Of a stretch of DNA of 45,566 nucleotides, positions 8,711-17,911 are shown in pieces. The stretch is from the IMG/VR virus record IMGVR_UViG_3300033406_000373, positions 1 through 45,566 of that record, one strand, 5' to 3'. The stretch is from a virus. Lineage: Duplodnaviria; Caudoviricetes. The first letter of the stretch is position 1. The number at the start of each line of letters is the position of its first letter. The notes under the pieces are model-generated. The model searched no databases, was not told the origin of the DNA, and saw only the letters and a program-made list of their open reading frames with translations. The translations under genes were made by a program, and so were the position numbers.

Positions 8711-10755
8711 TACGGATGCACCTTCTCTGCTCCGGAGACCATGGCTTCAAACAGACTGTCATTGATGTACCGCACCATACCGTCCAGGTCCATATCGCTA
8801 CTGACACTGTTATGAATACCACCCATTTCAATCTTGACCTCGGCTGTTGTATAGCGGTTGATAATTTCCTGTTCGGCAATGTCTCTCATATATTTGATAT
8901 CCTCGTCGGTAATCTCCATGGCATCTTTGATCCCCTTGGTATTGTCCGCCGTATCCGCTCCGGCATTTGCCATGTCCGTAACTACGGGTGGCAAATAATC
9001 GTTGGCGCCCGGCATTTCAGGGATCTTAAACATGTTTCCGATTTTACTAATATCAAAATTCTGAACAAACTCGCCGGCAGCTTTCCCCCACCCTTTTGCA
9101 TCAACTTCACCAATCATCTCAACCGTCCCTATCGACGTACCAAACACACTGTTTATTGATGTCGCAGCTTTGTTCAGCAAAGTGATCAAGTCGTTCGTCC
9201 GGCGAATCATGAAGTTAATAGCATTTCCAGTGGTCTCTGCAATAGATGAGAATGCCGAAGAAACGACATTCCGCAAATTCATACTCGCCAATCCCCAAAT
9301 AGCAAGAGCAGCCACCATAACGCCAACAATAACGGCTGCAACTGCCAATATCGGAGACACACCTAGCCACGTTGCCGCCGCTAATAATGTTTGTGCTATC
9401 GTCGCTCCGCTAGTGACCGCAATCCACACTCGCTTTGCCGCCGCCACTGTGGTTATAGCCGTTTCATATGCAATCATAGCAGCATAAGCTACTCGCATTG
9501 CCGCTGAGTAGGTCAAAACAAAGCCAGTTGCTATAATCATTCCTGCATTTAAAACTGCCCATCCTGCAGCAAGGCCCAGGACTGCTCCTAGGACAATGGG
9601 TATCGCTGCCGTGATTGCCTGAAAACCGATAACCGCAATTGCCGATGTCCAACTAAACGCATACCCTAATGCATTGGTAACAAGCGATGCCAGCCATTCA
9701 ACACCATTTGCTGCACCAACAATAATAATTCCGGCATATGCGATTCCCGTCGCAATATTTTCTACGAATGACTGTACACCCTGATTGTTCGCTAGAGAAC
9801 TAATTTTTTCAAAAACCGGCTGCAGTCCCCGGATGGCCCGGTTTTCAAAACTGGTCCAGATATCACTCCAGGTCTTCGGAATGGTCTCGAAAGTCTTATT
9901 AACTTCAGCGGTTGCAGCAATCATAGCATTTTTAACAATTTCTGCTGACAGTTGCCCATCTTGCGCCATTTCTCGGATTTGCCCAATATCTACTTTGAGA
10001 TAATCAGCAATCTTCTGGATCATCATCGGTGCTGCTTCAAAAACTGCATTTAGTTCTTCACCGCGCAGAACACCGGAGGCAAGAGCCTGACTTAACTGGA
10101 GTGTAGCTGATGCTTGTTCCTGGGCACTGGTTCCTGAGATTTTAAAAATCTTATTGATGGTTTCCGCTACGCCGATGAGTTCAGCATTAGATGTGAATAT
10201 TTTACCGGCCATCATACCGATTTTTGCAACAAAGTCAGCTGTAGCCTGGTATTCACTTCGTGATCGTTGAGCCGACGCAAAAATCATAGCCTGCAACTGC
10301 GCCGTTGTCTGCAGACCGTCATTCATCAGATTAAGTCGCGCCGTTGTTTGCGATAACTCATCAGATAATCGAAAAGCTCCGCTAATCGCTTGAAGTCCAG
10401 CCATTATAATTCCAAAAATCGCAACTATACTGCCTAATACAGCGGTAATTGTCATGGCCAAACCGACAACCCCTACCCTGGCAGCCATAGCAGCACTACC
10501 AATCATGCCTATGCGGCCGGCCGTTGTCTCAGCAGCAATAGCGGCTGCGTCAAAAGCTGGAACGGTGGAGTTAGCAGCTACAGATATACCCCTGACTCTT
10601 TGTTCAACTGACCGGGAAACTGATTCATCAATTTTATTAGCAGCTGAGGATGCAGCTTCAAATCTGCCAGTAGTAATCTCCGCTGCCCTGGCCATACGCT
10701 GTAATGGAGCTGTAGCGCCGTCGGTTATGGCTATCGCTGTTTGAATTGTAGCCAA
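8710..10755 (-). CDS. Tape measure protein
   Basis: Ala-rich helical protein, QLSQALASGVLRGEELN motif, hydrophobic block; TTG start with AGGAGG RBS. Confidence 0.93.
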   Translation of the reverse strand: MATIQTAIAITDGATAPLQRMARAAEITTGRFEAASSAANKIDESVSRSVEQRVRGISVAANSTVPAFDAAAIAAETTAGRIGMIGSAAMAARVGVVGLAMTITAVLGSIVAIFGIIMAGLQAISGAFRLSDELSQTTARLNLMNDGLQTTAQLQAMIFASAQRSRSEYQATADFVAKIGMMAGKIFTSNAELIGVAETINKIFKISGTSAQEQASATLQLSQALASGVLRGEELNAVFEAAPMMIQKIADYLKVDIGQIREMAQDGQLSAEIVKNAMIAATAEVNKTFETIPKTWSDIWTSFENRAIRGLQPVFEKISSLANNQGVQSFVENIATGIAYAGIIIVGAANGVEWLASLVTNALGYAFSWTSAIAVIGFQAITAAIPIVLGAVLGLAAGWAVLNAGMIIATGFVLTYSAAMRVAYAAMIAYETAITTVAAAKRVWIAVTSGATIAQTLLAAATWLGVSPILAVAAVIVGVMVAALAIWGLASMNLRNVVSSAFSSIAETTGNAINFMIRRTNDLITLLNKAATSINSVFGTSIGTVEMIGEVDAKGWGKAAGEFVQNFDISKIGNMFKIPEMPGANDYLPPVVTDMANAGADTADNTKGIKDAMEITDEDIKYMRDIAEQEIINRYTTAEVKIEMGGIHNSVSSDMDLDGMVRYINDSLFEAMVSGAEKVHP

Positions 10756-10785
10756 GGTATTCTCCCTCCTTAAAAAAGGGCATAG

Positions 10786-10820
10786 AAAAAACCGCTTACT
10801 TCGAAGCGGTTTTATTTTTT
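10786..10820. terminator. Bidirectional intrinsic terminator after the DUF4236 gene
   Basis: AAAACCGCTT-ACTTCG-AAGCGGTTTT flanked by A and T runs. Confidence 0.8.
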
Positions 10821-11067
10821 AATCTCTATTAGTCTCTTTATTATATCGCTCTGTCAATGTTTCTTTAGATTCCTTGTTAGATTTATGCGGTATATATTCC
10901 GTATATGATAGCCCTGTACCAGGTATTCCTGCGGTCATTCTAGTTCCTTTGGAATCTAGTGTTAGTTTTGCGCCTTGTGGTCCAATAGATACACTAGCAC
11001 CGGTTTTACCAACATTCACTCGGACACCAGGAAGTATTTTAAAGCTCTTGCTAAACCTAAATCCCAT
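10819..11067 (-). CDS. DUF4236-like small basic protein (moron)
   Basis: MGFRFSKSFKILPGVRVNVGKTGASVSIG...GIPGTGLSY; ATG at 11067 with GGGG RBS; own extended -10 upstream. Confidence 0.85.
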   Translation of the reverse strand: MGFRFSKSFKILPGVRVNVGKTGASVSIGPQGAKLTLDSKGTRMTAGIPGTGLSYTEYIPHKSNKESKETLTERYNKETNRD

Positions 11068-11113
11068 TTTTATCGCCCCAATCGCACCATATATAACCAA
11101 ATTATACCATAGA

Positions 11114-11311
11114 TTATCGACGTCTGCGCGATTTGGCCGCCTTTTGTTGTTTTTCAGCCTCTTTTTTGTCTTTTTCAATTTTCATTGCAACAGCAGCGAA
11201 AATAAAAGCTTGTTCATTTGCGGGCAAATTAAATAATTCATGCGGAAATTTGTGGAGTTTATGGAGGGCGTAATACGCTACGTTGGCGTATATATCGCCC
11301 CCCTCGATCAG
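11114..11311 (-). CDS. Tail assembly chaperone C-terminal extension (gpT-like) reached by -1 frameshift
   Basis: A AAA AAC slippery site at 11311-11317 just before the TAC stop; -1 frame open for 65 codons (LIEGGDIYANVAYYALHKL...SRRRR). Confidence 0.85.
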   Translation of the reverse strand: MIEGGDIYANVAYYALHKLHKFPHELFNLPANEQAFIFAAVAMKIEKDKKEAEKQQKAAKSRRRR

Positions 11312-11739
11312 TTTTTTGCTTGCTTAATCTTCTTGTCGTCCATACCTACTTCAAAACCATTAGCCTGTGAAACCATAAGGTATAGATCGGTATATTCACC
11401 GGGTGTTAGCATTTTGCGAATAAGCTGAGCGGCACCAACTACTCCATAAGAATCCTGCAGAGTGGCATCATGCAAATTGGGATAGACAACGCAGGCGCAG
11501 ATCAGTTCCTCTGCGTATTTATCGCTATCGAGTTCAATCTTAACATCCCGAGTGCCCGGCGTAAAAGACTTCTTTTTGCAAGTCCTCTTTATTGCCTCAT
11601 CCTCTTCACTGTTCAGGACGCGTAACTCCCATTCAATCGGCTGTTTATTAGCACCAAGGAAGCGTTTTGATGCAACATACTTAATATTTTCGGCTTTAAT
11701 TGCGTTCTCTACCAAAAAAGCCTGTAGATTGTTTTCCAT
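11308..11739 (-). CDS. xkdN: Tail assembly chaperone XkdN-like
   Basis: SKRF......EWEL, VVYPNL.D..LQDSYGV, LTPGEY; lies between tube and tape measure. Confidence 0.9.
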   Translation of the reverse strand: MENNLQAFLVENAIKAENIKYVASKRFLGANKQPIEWELRVLNSEEDEAIKRTCKKKSFTPGTRDVKIELDSDKYAEELICACVVYPNLHDATLQDSYGVVGAAQLIRKMLTPGEYTDLYLMVSQANGFEVGMDDKKIKQAKN

Positions 11740-11761
11740 AAATCAAACCTCCGTTATCTCA

Positions 11762-12241
11762 TTACTGCATACCGTCAAGCATGCCAAATTCCTCTGGTAA
11801 TTCAAAGTCTTCGTAGGTAAACGACACGTCCTGCTCCAGCCAATCCCCATCAGCATCGAATGACGCAATTACGCCTTCATCTAAATTGCAATCTTTCAAA
11901 ATAATGGTCTGTCGGCCGGCGGCAGACGTCTTATCCTCATTGGTAATTTGGATATCGAAATAAAAATCCTCGCCGGTATCTTTGTACGTCTTCAGCAGCT
12001 TCGTGAACATCGAAGTATTACTGTAAATCGTCATGCTACCGGTTCCGTTCCAACCTACGGTTTTGTGGCCCTTACCGGTCCTGCCAAGAATGGCCACTTC
12101 CTGCTTATCTTTCTCAAATTTTGCCTCAAGGCTTTTAGCCTGCATTAAAAGATACCGGTTGCCGGAAATCGTGATATAGCAACTAGCCAGCTTTGCTGAA
12201 ATGACATCCTTGGCACGCATCGTTCTAATTGCATCGCCCAT
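11762..12241 (-). CDS. xkdM: Tail tube protein XkdM/DUF2001
   Basis: GHKTVGWNGTGSMT, ITNEDKTSAAGRQ, FTYEDF. Confidence 0.92.
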   Translation of the reverse strand: MGDAIRTMRAKDVISAKLASCYITISGNRYLLMQAKSLEAKFEKDKQEVAILGRTGKGHKTVGWNGTGSMTIYSNTSMFTKLLKTYKDTGEDFYFDIQITNEDKTSAAGRQTIILKDCNLDEGVIASFDADGDWLEQDVSFTYEDFELPEEFGMLDGMQ

Positions 12242-12257
12242 AATATTTCACCTCTCC

Positions 12258-13610
12258 TTACGCCACTACTATGGTGCAATAAAGTTTCTCCATACACATC
12301 GTCGGCTGTACTTGATATTCACTCAAGACAGCCTCTTTTGATTCTCCCTGTGCCGGGATTGGCACATCATCCGGCACGAAGTTTTGAATGGCTCGTACCC
12401 GTTGCATTTCCTTATGGTAGGCCACGATATCACCCCATAAAGCGATCCGCCCATCATCATCATTCGGTTCTTTACCCAAGTATGTCTTATTGAACAGACG
12501 GGCAATATCAATAGCAATTTGATCTAGAACTCGAATAACCTGATTACTGGAAAAGTCCTCGTTTTTAGATTTAGCGAATGACGTGAATGTGTTGATATCC
12601 CTCAAAATATTAACATCACCTGTAATATCGCCGTCCACGGCATCCGCCACCCGGTGAAAGATCAACATACCGGCTGTAATTGCTTTTTCCAGCTCCGACT
12701 GCTTATAATTCGTGTCTACCGTGAAATCGCCGTCATAGGTCTTATTCGTGCAGGAAGCGTTGACTGCACAAGATGCCTCTGCACCGGTCAACCAATATAC
12801 TAGGCTTGCTGGAGACACCCCGGCATCTATCACCTTGTTTTGAATGGAGATAACTCCTTCATAATCCACGTTTTCCTTGCCGTAGACCACGGTCTGGAAC
12901 TTGGCTCCCACACTATCGCGCATGCGCTTGGTAAACTGGATATAAAGATCCTGAATCGTCGATTCGGTAGATAGGCATCCAAGCGTATTAAAGTAATATG
13001 GCTCGATCTTGTCGAGGAACTCCTGATACTGCATCCCAGAAACCGCTTCACCGTTCGCGCCACCGGTTAGTGGCATTCCTGCTGTTGCTTCCAGTGTCAG
13101 ATCTGCCTTCCAAGTTATGTAGTCATTGTTTGTGAGCGCCGTTTTATCGGTGACCGTCTGCTTATCAACGATTGTTCTCACGCCGGCGGTTGTAAGATGG
13201 GTAATGACGTCAAACTTATCCTCGTCATCGATATTCGCCTGTATAGTGATTGTCAGATCGTTTCCCCGGCTGCCGCCGTATTTGGCGGTGGCAAGTGCGC
13301 ATGTTGCCTTAACAGTCCCATTGTTCAGTCTATAAAAATAACCGGTTTTCAGGTTCCTAAACAGATCCCTGAGACCGGCTATCTTATCATGAGTATAGTC
13401 ATAACCAAAATACTTAGTAGAAGACTTTTGAAAGTCATCCACTTCCACTTTAAATACTTGTCCTTCCGGTCCCCAGTCTAGCTCCAAGGCCATGGCCCCA
13501 TAGCCGCGGTCAGCAAAATCCGTACTGGGACGCACTTTGCTTACAAAGTTGATGTAAGCGCCGGGAAGCTTTTTATTCTGGAACAGCCAAGTTCCGCCAC
13601 CTAATGCCAT
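12258..13610 (-). CDS. xkdK: Tail sheath protein XkdK-like
   Basis: MALGGGTW..QNKKLPGAYINF, AKYGGSRGN, NQVIRVLDQI. Confidence 0.95.
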   Translation of the reverse strand: MALGGGTWLFQNKKLPGAYINFVSKVRPSTDFADRGYGAMALELDWGPEGQVFKVEVDDFQKSSTKYFGYDYTHDKIAGLRDLFRNLKTGYFYRLNNGTVKATCALATAKYGGSRGNDLTITIQANIDDEDKFDVITHLTTAGVRTIVDKQTVTDKTALTNNDYITWKADLTLEATAGMPLTGGANGEAVSGMQYQEFLDKIEPYYFNTLGCLSTESTIQDLYIQFTKRMRDSVGAKFQTVVYGKENVDYEGVISIQNKVIDAGVSPASLVYWLTGAEASCAVNASCTNKTYDGDFTVDTNYKQSELEKAITAGMLIFHRVADAVDGDITGDVNILRDINTFTSFAKSKNEDFSSNQVIRVLDQIAIDIARLFNKTYLGKEPNDDDGRIALWGDIVAYHKEMQRVRAIQNFVPDDVPIPAQGESKEAVLSEYQVQPTMCMEKLYCTIVVA

Positions 13611-13616
13611 CCCACA

Positions 13617-13829
13617 TTACCCCTTTTCATTTACTTTTTCTACTATCGGCCGTTTTAGAAACGCGTCGATCTTTTGTTGGATCTCATCTGCACTGTATTG
13701 CTTTTGATCTTCCAGGACAATGCCAGCAATATCATGGTACTGCCGATATTTTGCTGACTGCAACACCTGTTCCCTGGTATATGTCGCCGGCTGCTTCTCT
13801 TCTTCTGCCGGCACTTTTTTATTTGCCAC
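13617..13829 (-). CDS. Small conserved phage protein preceding the sheath
   Basis: GTG start with AAGGAG RBS; YTREQVLQSAKY..Y pattern. Confidence 0.7.
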   Translation of the reverse strand: MANKKVPAEEEKQPATYTREQVLQSAKYRQYHDIAGIVLEDQKQYSADEIQQKIDAFLKRPIVEKVNEKG

Positions 13830-13835
13830 TTTGCA

Positions 13836-14285
13836 TCACTCCTTCAACCAACCAGTTGTTTTTAATGACCCCATGATCGTCTGTGTTTCTCGTTCATACC
13901 AATACCGACTTTTCCACTTTAGGGAAAGCTGAGCGACACCTTCATCAAGAGGCTTAGTCTCAATATCCATATTGATTTGCATGAACCCGCCCGATTGCGT
14001 CCCATCTTGATTAATAACGGGAATAACGCCTCTGCTCTTTCTTATCGCCTCAGCAATGGTATGCGCTGCCCGGTGTGCATCTTGCGTCTTTAAGGCGAAT
14101 GCCTTGATAAAAAGCTGATATACATTGAGATAAGCACAAATGGTATCTGCTGAGCTCACAACAACCGGTTCTGGGAAATACATGCATGGCACAATCATAT
14201 TTTGCGGTATGCGATCAAAATAGATTTTCACAGGATTCTTGTCGTAACAAAATTTTGCAATACTGCTGATTTCATCTTGTATCAT
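13836..14285 (-). CDS. Tail terminator-like neck protein (XkdJ-like)
   Basis: IY...IPQ....PC.YF motif and position; ATG at 14285 matches the GAGGGTG RBS. Confidence 0.7.
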   Translation of the reverse strand: MIQDEISSIAKFCYDKNPVKIYFDRIPQNMIVPCMYFPEPVVVSSADTICAYLNVYQLFIKAFALKTQDAHRAAHTIAEAIRKSRGVIPVINQDGTQSGGFMQINMDIETKPLDEGVAQLSLKWKSRYWYERETQTIMGSLKTTGWLKE

Positions 14286-14297
14286 GATGATCACCCT

Positions 14298-14717
14298 CTA
14301 CAATTTGCGTAGCCACTGTACCATTTTTCTTTCCAAAGATGCTGCAATTATTTTTTCTAAAATCGTAATTGAGATATCAAAATAGTGATACCCTTCCCAC
14401 CATTGGTCATTGGGGAGCTTATGCCCGTCGTTAACATAGGCTGCATATTCGATGTTCGTACCGATTTTAAGCACTAAATTGGATTGATTTAATTCAAAGA
14501 CACAGTCCCCGTTTCCCCGGTTAAAAGAATTAAGGAGTCTCCTGGTATCGACAACACCTAACCGAATGATTTGGTCCTGCACAATTCCTAGAAACTCCAT
14601 ACCGATTGCTTCAAGCCATACATTGTACTGCCGTTTCAAATCCCTGTTAGCCGCATCTTCCAGGCGTTTAGCAAACTTTTTTAGCTCATTAATGCCAACT
14701 TTCGAGTTTTTGGCCAT
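14298..14717 (-). CDS. HK97 gp10-family tail completion protein
   Basis: VDTRRLLNS, GTNIEYAAYVNDGH; start MAKNS at 14717. Confidence 0.85.
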   Translation of the reverse strand: MAKNSKVGINELKKFAKRLEDAANRDLKRQYNVWLEAIGMEFLGIVQDQIIRLGVVDTRRLLNSFNRGNGDCVFELNQSNLVLKIGTNIEYAAYVNDGHKLPNDQWWEGYHYFDISITILEKIIAASLERKMVQWLRKL

Positions 14718-14718
14718 A

Positions 14719-15063
14719 TCATAACTTTCCTTTCCGGGTAACGGCCACCTCAATATGATGATTCTTGATCTTTTGTGGTATCTGTGCTTTAAACTCCATA
14801 CCATTCCAAACCAGTTTGTCATTCAGTCGTACATCAGCACTAGGCATAAGGTTCACGCCAAAGTTATGAATAATCTCAGCTCCCGGCTCACCTTGGATAA
14901 TAGATTGATTCTTCTCTGTAAATTTGCAAGGTACATCTACGGCATCTGGTTCGTCCGGATAACAGTACTCCGATTCGCCTGGCAATCCATAGCCGGGTGA
15001 GGAGTTACTTTCTCTCAAGTGATAGATATTACACTTATCAGTTAACATGGATCGAAAGCTCAT
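14719..15063 (-). CDS. Head closure protein XkdH/YqbH (DUF3599)-like
   Basis: MSFRSMLTDKCNIYHL...YGLP...YPDEPD..DVPC.F, ADVRLND. Confidence 0.8.
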   Translation of the reverse strand: MSFRSMLTDKCNIYHLRESNSSPGYGLPGESEYCYPDEPDAVDVPCKFTEKNQSIIQGEPGAEIIHNFGVNLMPSADVRLNDKLVWNGMEFKAQIPQKIKNHHIEVAVTRKGKL

Positions 15064-15446
15064 AGCGCCCTCATCCTAAAGCTCACCGGCCGCTTCGGCA
15101 CAGCTTTTTGCACATAGTCGGCTATAAGCAAATCAATAGCCGGCTTTTTAATCGTTTGGCCGTCAGACATAGTATAGCTATAGTCATTTAGACGCTCTGA
15201 GGTATAGCCCTTTGCAATACTCTCATCGGAATTAGTCAGGGCATAGTACTCGGCTAGCTTAATGAGCGCAAGCGTGATCTCGGAAGGAATTGGCGGATAA
15301 GGCGGCTTGTCAAATCTGTGTCCCGCTTTGGAAAACAACTCTGCCTCGGCCTGAAGAATATCGCTATTTAACTTATTTGGTGCCCGACCTTTTACGGCTT
15401 CGAATTCTGTGTAATCAATGATTTGCGGAGGTACGATCAAGGCCAT
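15060..15446 (-). CDS. Head-tail adaptor YqbG/DUF3199-like
   Basis: MALI.P.....Y..F..VK.R....L..DI, LALIKLAEYYAL, SE...DYSY. Confidence 0.8.
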   Translation of the reverse strand: MALIVPPQIIDYTEFEAVKGRAPNKLNSDILQAEAELFSKAGHRFDKPPYPPIPSEITLALIKLAEYYALTNSDESIAKGYTSERLNDYSYTMSDGQTIKKPAIDLLIADYVQKAVPKRPVSFRMRAL

Positions 15447-15454
15447 ATGTACAC

Positions 15455-15670
15455 CTACTTTTTGCCGTCCGGTGGTGCTGGGACGTTATCCTGTTCGCCA
15501 TTCACGTTTTCCGGTTCTTTGGAAGTCTTCGGTTTTTCGAAATAGTCACCATAGATCTCAACCTCTTCGGCTGACAATTCGTATGTTTCTCCGGGATAAA
15601 AGAAGCGTCCCCCACCAATATGGAGAACGCCCTTTTCCTGTTTAAGCATATATTTTATTTTTGCTGCCAT
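15455..15670 (-). CDS. Small head-associated protein (YqbF-like position)
   Basis: GGAGG RBS; follows the capsid gene. Confidence 0.65.
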   Translation of the reverse strand: MAAKIKYMLKQEKGVLHIGGGRFFYPGETYELSAEEVEIYGDYFEKPKTSKEPENVNGEQDNVPAPPDGKK

Positions 15671-15681
15671 GTTGATACCTC

Positions 15682-16626
15682 CTATAATTTAGTCCCGGCC
15701 ATCCAGGCTACGGCTTCAATTTCACGTACAACGGCGTCTAGGTACGCAAAGATAATGTGATAAGTAGCATCCTTAGCTGCCGCAGTGGCGCCGTCACCGG
15801 TTCGGATATAACGGAGCTCGCGGGTAAAGACCGGCTTTAAGTTTTTGAGTGGCGTAAGAGCTGCAAATCCGCTTTGCAAATTAGCCACAACTTCCACATC
15901 ATAGCCAGCCAGTCGGGTTAACTTACCTTCTTGCAGCACTGCGTCGCCGAAACCGGTTTGTCGCTGGGTAGCAAGAGAAACAATACGGTCATGAGTCCCC
16001 CGGGTAATAAACCAGGTAATATCGTCATGGGCGTTTTTATACTTTTCCGGTAACACCTGAATGTGATTAACGAAGTCAAGCAGAGTGGGCTGAGCTGTAG
16101 CCAAGTCTGTCTTGTTGGGTGATGCTTTTGCTTTTTTCACAAAGCCGTCCAAAATACTCAAAAAGGCATAGTCGGTTGCACCACTGTCGGTTTCCGTATC
16201 ACCGTTGAAGATTAGATCCTGGAGATCGACACCAAATTGCTGCTGTAGCATTGCGATCACAGTATCCTCTACATTTTCGCCGCGGGCCTGCTGGTTGTAC
16301 CATACGTCATCGTTCTGCAGCCATTCGTCCCAGAACACCTTTTTTACGTTGTATGGGATATGCCCGGGATCAATTCCGCCAACCCCGGTCGGTGTATTGG
16401 TCTTGGAGTGTTGTCGGATCTTCCTCGTTTTCACGGAAAGCGTATCGATATTACCTGATCCACTGTTTCTAAAGATCGGCTGCAGCTTTTGTAGAGTACC
16501 GGCCTTGGCAATAGTATCAATCAAAAACTGATACGCTTGATCTTGCGGCAGGGTAATATTCAGGTCTTTACGGATACTGGACATTGCTGCTTCTTTGGTG
16601 ATTACCTGCTGATTAGTCATTGTCAT
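15682..16626 (-). CDS. Major capsid protein (HK97 fold, XkdG-like)
   Basis: Follows protease/scaffold; L.QD.A..F, DLQDLIFNGD, ILDGF.K, L.GY.V motifs; GGAGG RBS. Confidence 0.88.
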   Translation of the reverse strand: MTMTNQQVITKEAAMSSIRKDLNITLPQDQAYQFLIDTIAKAGTLQKLQPIFRNSGSGNIDTLSVKTRKIRQHSKTNTPTGVGGIDPGHIPYNVKKVFWDEWLQNDDVWYNQQARGENVEDTVIAMLQQQFGVDLQDLIFNGDTETDSGATDYAFLSILDGFVKKAKASPNKTDLATAQPTLLDFVNHIQVLPEKYKNAHDDITWFITRGTHDRIVSLATQRQTGFGDAVLQEGKLTRLAGYDVEVVANLQSGFAALTPLKNLKPVFTRELRYIRTGDGATAAAKDATYHIIFAYLDAVVREIEAVAWMAGTKL

Positions 16627-16652
16627 TGTGCTTTCATCCTCCATATTCATTA

Positions 16653-17861
16653 TTATTTAAAATGTTCCATGTAACTTTTGGCTACCGAGGCAACAGGAGC
16701 AGTCTCGGTTTCAAGCTGTTTAACAATACCGCGGGCTGCCTCCACTTTTTCTACCCGTTGGGTCAGCGGCTCCACAGCCTTGGCTACCGCCTCGGTAACC
16801 ATTTTCGTTACATCCTCGGCAGTCATTTCCGGCTGTTCTGCTTTTTTGTCTGGCTCAGTGACAGGTTCAGCACCTTTTTCCAATGAACTCAGTTTTGCGG
16901 TTACCGGTTCTAAGGCTTTTGCAATTCCGTCCGCCATCATCTTTTCAATATCTTCCTTTTTCACTTCTTCACTCTCCTCAACGGCATTTTGATCAATTAA
17001 CTTGCTTAGGGCTTCATGAGCCGATTTGATTTCCGCCATATTAGCGGTTGATATTTTTTTGCCGGCTTTTAAAACAGCATCGGATGGGCGTCCCATAGCT
17101 TTGACAACATTGTCCGTTGTCAAAATCTCAGTGATAATAGTCGAAAACTCACTCAACGCCTCTTGTACCTTTCCCGCATCGCTCTCAAACTCGTACCGAT
17201 CAGATGACCAGTTATATTTTTGAAGAGTATCCTGGAGCGTGCTAAACGCAGCCCAGAAGTTATTGCTTTTGGCCCGGGACGCGAAAGTTTCAGCAACTTC
17301 CCCCTTCTGTATGGTACCAACGCTGAAGAAGTTTTTTAGCACCTGCAACAAGCCGGTTGCCTGTTCCATTTCGCTCTTTTGAATATCATCATGCTCCACT
17401 CTTTCCCCCACACCTCCCATACTAAAGCCTGTTAACTCGCCTTTCTTAATTTCACCCCAGGTATCATCATCCGGCACATGGACCGACATTAGCCAAGTGC
17501 CTTTTTTAATGTCTTGATCACCAAGCTTTTCTTCCGCTTTGGCGATCCAGCTCTCCACCACCTCCGCCTGACCAGCAACAAAATCATGCTGTTTATCGAT
17601 GTTTCGATAGTCTTTTAGGAATTGATGCGCGGACTTCTCAATCTCCTCGGCCGTCATAAACTCATCATGTGCGTCCAGGGCGTCCGGTTCATAGACGATA
17701 CCTGTTACGATCCGCTTTTCCTCATCGACTTTAAGAATGGGAATGGATCGTTCAAAGGTAGGCGTTTCCGCGGCCTTGATAATGGCAAACTTCTTTTTGT
17801 TGGCGGCTTTGTCGACCAGAGAAACGAAAGATATTTGGGCGTTTTTGATTTCTGTTGGCAA
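16653..17861 (-). CDS. xkdF: XkdF-like prohead protease/scaffold fusion
   Basis: VSLVDKAANKKKF, GIVYEPD..DAH, IDKQH, VVESW, KGTW, TGFSMGG; helical scaffold C-terminus; TTG start fits the AGGAGG RBS. Confidence 0.9.
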   Translation of the reverse strand: MPTEIKNAQISFVSLVDKAANKKKFAIIKAAETPTFERSIPILKVDEEKRIVTGIVYEPDALDAHDEFMTAEEIEKSAHQFLKDYRNIDKQHDFVAGQAEVVESWIAKAEEKLGDQDIKKGTWLMSVHVPDDDTWGEIKKGELTGFSMGGVGERVEHDDIQKSEMEQATGLLQVLKNFFSVGTIQKGEVAETFASRAKSNNFWAAFSTLQDTLQKYNWSSDRYEFESDAGKVQEALSEFSTIITEILTTDNVVKAMGRPSDAVLKAGKKISTANMAEIKSAHEALSKLIDQNAVEESEEVKKEDIEKMMADGIAKALEPVTAKLSSLEKGAEPVTEPDKKAEQPEMTAEDVTKMVTEAVAKAVEPLTQRVEKVEAARGIVKQLETETAPVASVAKSYMEHFK

Positions 17862-17883
17862 TTTGTTCACCTCCTTTCAGGCA

Positions 17884-17911
17884 AATAAAAAAACGACCTT
17901 AAAAGCCGTTT
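17884..17911 (-). terminator. Intrinsic terminator after the antirepressor gene
   Basis: AAACGGC-TTTTAAG-GTCGTTT followed by a T run. Confidence 0.7.

Noticed and set aside
11068-11178. N-terminal extension of the DUF4236 ORF (MKKTKKR...)
   Set aside because: This DNA encodes the frameshifted chaperone tail and the moron promoter; the family motif starts at MGFRF
4504-17861. PBSX-like tailocin or defective particle
   Set aside because: Terminase, portal, capsid, replication and immunity genes are all present with no visible disruption; it looks like a full prophage, although the integrase is outside the window
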